Source: a virus. From it: a stretch of DNA of 23,864 bases. The stretch lies in UHGV virus genome UHGV-0329186. One strand, 5' to 3'. Positions 20,673 to 23,864 of this stretch are shown in pieces (positions within the stretch are counted from its first letter, which is position 1; every line of letters begins with the position of its first letter). Under the pieces are notes generated by a model. That model was not told the origin of the DNA, did no database searches, and saw only the letters and a list, made by a program, of their open reading frames with translations. A program made the translations under genes and the position numbers.

Positions 20673-21494
20673 TTACCTAGTTACCTTTTTTAACTGCCGC
20701 TCAGCCCATGCTTCTTCAATATCAAACCGGGTCACCAGCGCATCATAGAATTTCTTAACTGTTTTTTCCCATGACGCGCGTGTTATCTGGTTTGTCACCT
20801 CGCATATAGCATTAAATGCCTCCGTTGATGGTAGCCTTTCATAGCCACGACCACCACAACGCTGGCAGTCTCTGATAACAGGCATACCACGTTTTACCGA
20901 CTCTTCACGATGAATGGCGACACCACGCCCACGGCAATCCTTACAGGCGGTGGAAACCTCACCCTTCCCGCCACACTCCGGACAGGCAACTTTTACCACC
21001 TCCCTGACTTTTTTCCATTCTTCCCAGTAAGACGGATACACACCTTTCGTACACTTTGCCCATACCGGCGGCTTACCATCCGGATACTGGACCTTGTTTG
21101 TAAAAACTACGCTTTCAATAAATTTTTCCCCATAGCAACAAGGGCACAGCTTTTTACTCGCTGCGCTGCGGGCATAATCCTCAAAAGCGCACGAAGCCAT
21201 AATGCGCATCACTACCGGTTTTATTTCTGCCGGAAGTTTTCTCAACGCCGCCACACGATCGCACCGACTGAGTGCATAATCTGCCAGTAATTCTGTTGCC
21301 CGCGCCCTGTCATTCATACTGATGCCCATCTTCCCCAGGAACGCAGAAAACCCCATCTCAGCCCGATTCTGTGTCATGCCCTGCGCGGCCATCACATCAG
21401 TGATACTCAGCGCATCTTTTGACGTTGAGGCCGATGCATCGGTCAGGCAAGGGGATTTTGGGGAGTAGTATTTCGGTAAATCTTCCAGTTTCAT
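20673..21494 (-). CDS. Putative late-gene antiterminator Q (long Q21/QuuQ-like type) with CxxC zinc-finger motifs
   Basis: 273 aa ORF immediately upstream of the PR'-like promoter and downstream of rusA (ATGA overlap); motifs ACPECGGKGE...CKDCRGRG...CQRCGGRG. Confidence 0.55.
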   Translation of the reverse strand: MKLEDLPKYYSPKSPCLTDASASTSKDALSITDVMAAQGMTQNRAEMGFSAFLGKMGISMNDRARATELLADYALSRCDRVAALRKLPAEIKPVVMRIMASCAFEDYARSAASKKLCPCCYGEKFIESVVFTNKVQYPDGKPPVWAKCTKGVYPSYWEEWKKVREVVKVACPECGGKGEVSTACKDCRGRGVAIHREESVKRGMPVIRDCQRCGGRGYERLPSTEAFNAICEVTNQITRASWEKTVKKFYDALVTRFDIEEAWAERQLKKVTR

Positions 21495-21865
21495 TTTTTG
21501 ACCTGCTCTTCATGCATTATGGGGTAAATCTTCACCCCCAGACGTCCACCAGATACTGGCTGACCACGAACGATATTGATTTCATCAAACTGCTCATCGT
21601 CCATTAACACTCCCGCATGCGTCAGCGCATCCAGCGGTGCTTTCAGGATATTGTCCAGGTCGCGACGACGCTTATCCGGTGGCTCTGCAATCACCTTTAT
21701 CGCCAGCCTTCCGGACAGGCTTAATTTCAGCCGCTGCTGGCGAACAATAAGCGCCACAGCACGGCGATAACGCTTTCCCTCCTCCGAGATAAAATATGTG
21801 CTGCCACGGCGTCGCCAGTAAGTGTTCACCGTCGGCGGGTAAGGTAAAACCAAATCTATGAGCAT
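21491..21865 (-). CDS. rusA: Holliday junction resolvase RusA
   Basis: 124 aa; PYPPTVNTYWRRRG...KRRRDLDNILKAPLDALTHAGVLMDDEQ...GGRLGVKI matches the RusA signature (RRRDLDN, catalytic Asp cluster); strong SD AAGAGGTGA upstream. Confidence 0.85.
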   Translation of the reverse strand: MLIDLVLPYPPTVNTYWRRRGSTYFISEEGKRYRRAVALIVRQQRLKLSLSGRLAIKVIAEPPDKRRRDLDNILKAPLDALTHAGVLMDDEQFDEINIVRGQPVSGGRLGVKIYPIMHEEQVKK

Positions 21866-21877
21866 CAGTCACCTCTT

Positions 21878-22927
21878 TTACCCAAGCACGCCAGTTGCAA
21901 AGGCGTGATCAAGAAAACGAAAAATTAAATCAACCTGAGAACCATGCTTTTCTTCGAACGCCAGCGGATCCGCATGAAGCTCGTTGTGATGCTCCCGACA
22001 CAGCGGTAGCGTGAAAATATCGTGAGATTTTGTCCCCATTCCGCCCTGACCATGACCAATCAGGTGATGGGGATCGTCGGCTGGCTTACCACAACACGCA
22101 CACGGCTGTGTCTTCACCCAGCGTGTGTATTTCTCGTTAACCCAGCGGCGACGTTTAGGTCGTTTCATGAAAGATTCCGGAGACTCAGGATCAACGGCAA
22201 TGCTGACCACCGTCTTTTCCTGTGGTGGGTTCTGTTGCTGGTGGGCGTGAGGCAGCGGCGCAAGATTTTTTGTGCGCTGTTTCAGTATGCTGGTGGCGGT
22301 CTGCTCTCCCGGTACGATGTCGCTTTCACGGTACATTGAGCGGATTTTTTCCGCACGCAACCCCAGCGAACGACGTAATACCGCTTCCGGTAGCGCGTCC
22401 GCCACCTGATTGCGGACCGCCCACCAGGATAATTCAGCCAGAGATAATTCACGCTCCTGCGTACCGCTTATTGCGTGACCGATGACGTCAATCATCCATG
22501 CTGACAGGTTTTGATGAGCAACTTGCTCGAGTGATTCGGATGTCTGGTCACGCAGCTGGTTGTCGCAGTGCCAGCACAACACCATTGCGCCGGTACCATA
22601 ACGGTGAATGACGGTTTCGCTGTGATGATAATCGCCGTGTGGCCACTGGCAGGATTTAATATGGCGCAACAGCCAGTCAGACAATGCACCAGCACCACCA
22701 GCAGCACGAATCACCCGTGCGTTACTGAAAAACGGCAGCAATGTTTTGTCTTCCACCAGCGGCTGGCGAGCGGCAGGAACGACCCCGGACGGCAGATTAC
22801 GCATGCTTTTCGGTTCCGGCTCCACCAGTAACCGGGTATTGTGGAATACCGGCATGGATTCACGGCCCGGCTTAACGATCACCAGCCCGAGTTCCGGTAC
22901 CAGAACAGGTCGAAGTAATACCCGCAC
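21878..22927 (-). CDS. DUF968-like prophage protein with C-terminal HNH-like Cys/His cluster
   Basis: 349 aa ORF, GTG start with GGAGG SD; C-terminus CACCGKPADDPHHLIGHGQGG...CREHHNELH; occupies the nin-region position upstream of rusA. Confidence 0.5.
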   Translation of the reverse strand: MRVLLRPVLVPELGLVIVKPGRESMPVFHNTRLLVEPEPKSMRNLPSGVVPAARQPLVEDKTLLPFFSNARVIRAAGGAGALSDWLLRHIKSCQWPHGDYHHSETVIHRYGTGAMVLCWHCDNQLRDQTSESLEQVAHQNLSAWMIDVIGHAISGTQERELSLAELSWWAVRNQVADALPEAVLRRSLGLRAEKIRSMYRESDIVPGEQTATSILKQRTKNLAPLPHAHQQQNPPQEKTVVSIAVDPESPESFMKRPKRRRWVNEKYTRWVKTQPCACCGKPADDPHHLIGHGQGGMGTKSHDIFTLPLCREHHNELHADPLAFEEKHGSQVDLIFRFLDHAFATGVLG

Positions 22928-22928
22928 G

Positions 22929-23318
22929 TTACCTCCAGATGCGTTGCTGGAATGTGCGGGATGGACGCGGTGGGCGTTCGGAGTAAGGCAATCTGACTGA
23001 GATTATCCAGTGACGGTAGTCGAGGCTAAGGGCTTTTTTAACCTCGTATCCGCGCCTGCGGTAACACTGAATTATCCATTCAGCCTGCTCTTCAGTGCAT
23101 GGTGGATGCTGGAACCAGTCCGATTTGAATGCATGAAAACGCCGTCCGCACCTGCTGGCAAAGACGGCAGAATCATCAGAATTGTGTAATTTGGTATCGT
23201 GCGCCATCGGTTGTCTCTGCTGGCGCAGCAGGTGCCAGTTGTTCAGGCTGGCGTATAAAGTATAAATAAACTGGTTCCAGTGTAAAGCCCCTACATTAAT
23301 GGAATAAAAGTCAAACAA
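22929..23318 (-). CDS. Hypothetical nin-region protein (start uncertain: TTG at 23318 or ATG at 23207)
   Basis: ORF whose stop is 1 nt from the downstream GTG start, suggesting translational coupling; no family recognised. Confidence 0.35.
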   Translation of the reverse strand: MFDFYSINVGALHWNQFIYTLYASLNNWHLLRQQRQPMAHDTKLHNSDDSAVFASRCGRRFHAFKSDWFQHPPCTEEQAEWIIQCYRRRGYEVKKALSLDYRHWIISVRLPYSERPPRPSRTFQQRIWR

Positions 23319-23472
23319 CAGATTGTTGGGATAAACACAACGCTTATTATTAAAAGCGATTAGATAAATTAAATTTTAATGTTATGCAATTTTACCAGAT
23401 CATCATAACATCTCGTTTGAAACCACCGAAACAACAACCATATCAATATTGATTATGTTAAAGTGAGTAAAT

Positions 23473-23559
23473 ATGGAAAACAACAAATCTGCACATTACG
23501 CTCCTTTTTTATCTGTGATACTTTTTGTTTTATGCTGTGTGTGGGCATTATTTTTATAA
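23473..23559 (+). CDS. Candidate 28-aa hydrophobic peptide (hypothetical small membrane protein)
   Basis: ATG with a weak GAG RBS; MENNKSAHYAPFLSVILFVLCCVWALFL; possible upstream TTGAAA-N18-TATCAA promoter; embedded in AT-rich DNA. Confidence 0.25.
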   Translation: MENNKSAHYAPFLSVILFVLCCVWALFL

Positions 23560-23569
23560 AAATATTCAC

Positions 23570-23597
23570 AGATAAAATAAACCCGCCGAAGCGGGTT
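23570..23597 (-). terminator. Hairpin plus U-rich tail on the minus strand (terminator-like)
   Basis: Minus strand AACCCGC-TTCG-GCGGGTT followed by TATTTTAT. Confidence 0.3.
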
Positions 23598-23834
23598 AAG
23601 TGCGGGTGCATTGAGGATGCCTGACACATCCGAGGTGGCGAGGGATTTCTCCCTCGCCGGGTCTCTTACTCCTCAGGTTCGTAAACTGTGAAGACAGCGA
23701 CCTCCGTCTGGCCGGTTCGGATTCGTTTGAAGTTCTGGACGGTGCCGGAATAGAATCAAAAATACTTAAGTAGCGCGCAGGGATAAGAGGGATGGTCCCT
23801 TAAAGGGGAGAGCTAATTATCCGGAAGGATTCTG

Positions 23835-23864
23835 ATGATGAACATCGAAGAATTGCGTAAAATT
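23835..23864 (+). CDS. 5' end of an ORF running off the window (MMNIEELRKI...); possibly GnsA/GnsB-family
   Basis: ATGATG preceded by GGAAGGA SD (5 nt spacer) and a possible TTGAAG-N18-TAGAAT promoter; only 10 codons visible. The N-terminus resembles MNIEEL.K of GnsA/GnsB as I recall it. Confidence 0.3.
   Translation, partial: MMNIEELRKI

Noticed and set aside
23320-23864. A hok/sok-type type I toxin-antitoxin locus, expected near this position by analogy with the Qin prophage.
   Set aside because: Reading the minus strand in several frames I found no roughly 50-aa Hok-like ORF with the conserved hydrophobic core and C-terminal motif; only short unrelated ORFs. Kept only as a generic small-ORF/structured-RNA finding.
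23580-23864. A retron (structured msr/msd RNA followed by a reverse transcriptase).
   Set aside because: The downstream ORF has only 10 visible codons (MMNIEELRKI), which look GnsA/B-like rather than RT-like, and I could not identify the flanking a1/a2 inverted repeats typical of retron ncRNA.

Overview
This window is the late region of a lambda-like (lambdoid) prophage, with the late operon on the minus strand and the cos site internal (prophage or concatemer order). All calls are from reading the sequence and the ORF track by eye; no database search was run. From left to right: a morphogenesis module that matches phage lambda gene-for-gene in order and protein length (K partial, L, M, H, G/T with the GGGAAAG frameshift site, V, U, Z, FII, FI, E, D, C with nested Nu3, B, W, A, Nu1); cosN (exact GGGCGGCGACCT); an AT-rich two-gene moron on the opposite strand; a mosaic lysis cassette (lambda-like Rz/Rz1, SAR-type endolysin, phage-21-type pinholin) interrupted by extra ORFs; an AT-rich cargo island of unknown function; two tRNAs flanking a degenerate tRNA-like element; a candidate late promoter and terminator; a putative Q antiterminator; RusA; a DUF968-like protein; and an AT-rich terminal region with a small hydrophobic ORF and a GC-rich structured element. 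I could not identify a recognisable defence, toxin or CRISPR system. The best candidates for something undescribed are the cargo island in the Q-to-holin slot (about 18.8-20.3 kb), the extra ORFs inside the lysis cassette, and the terminal small-ORF/structured-RNA region.
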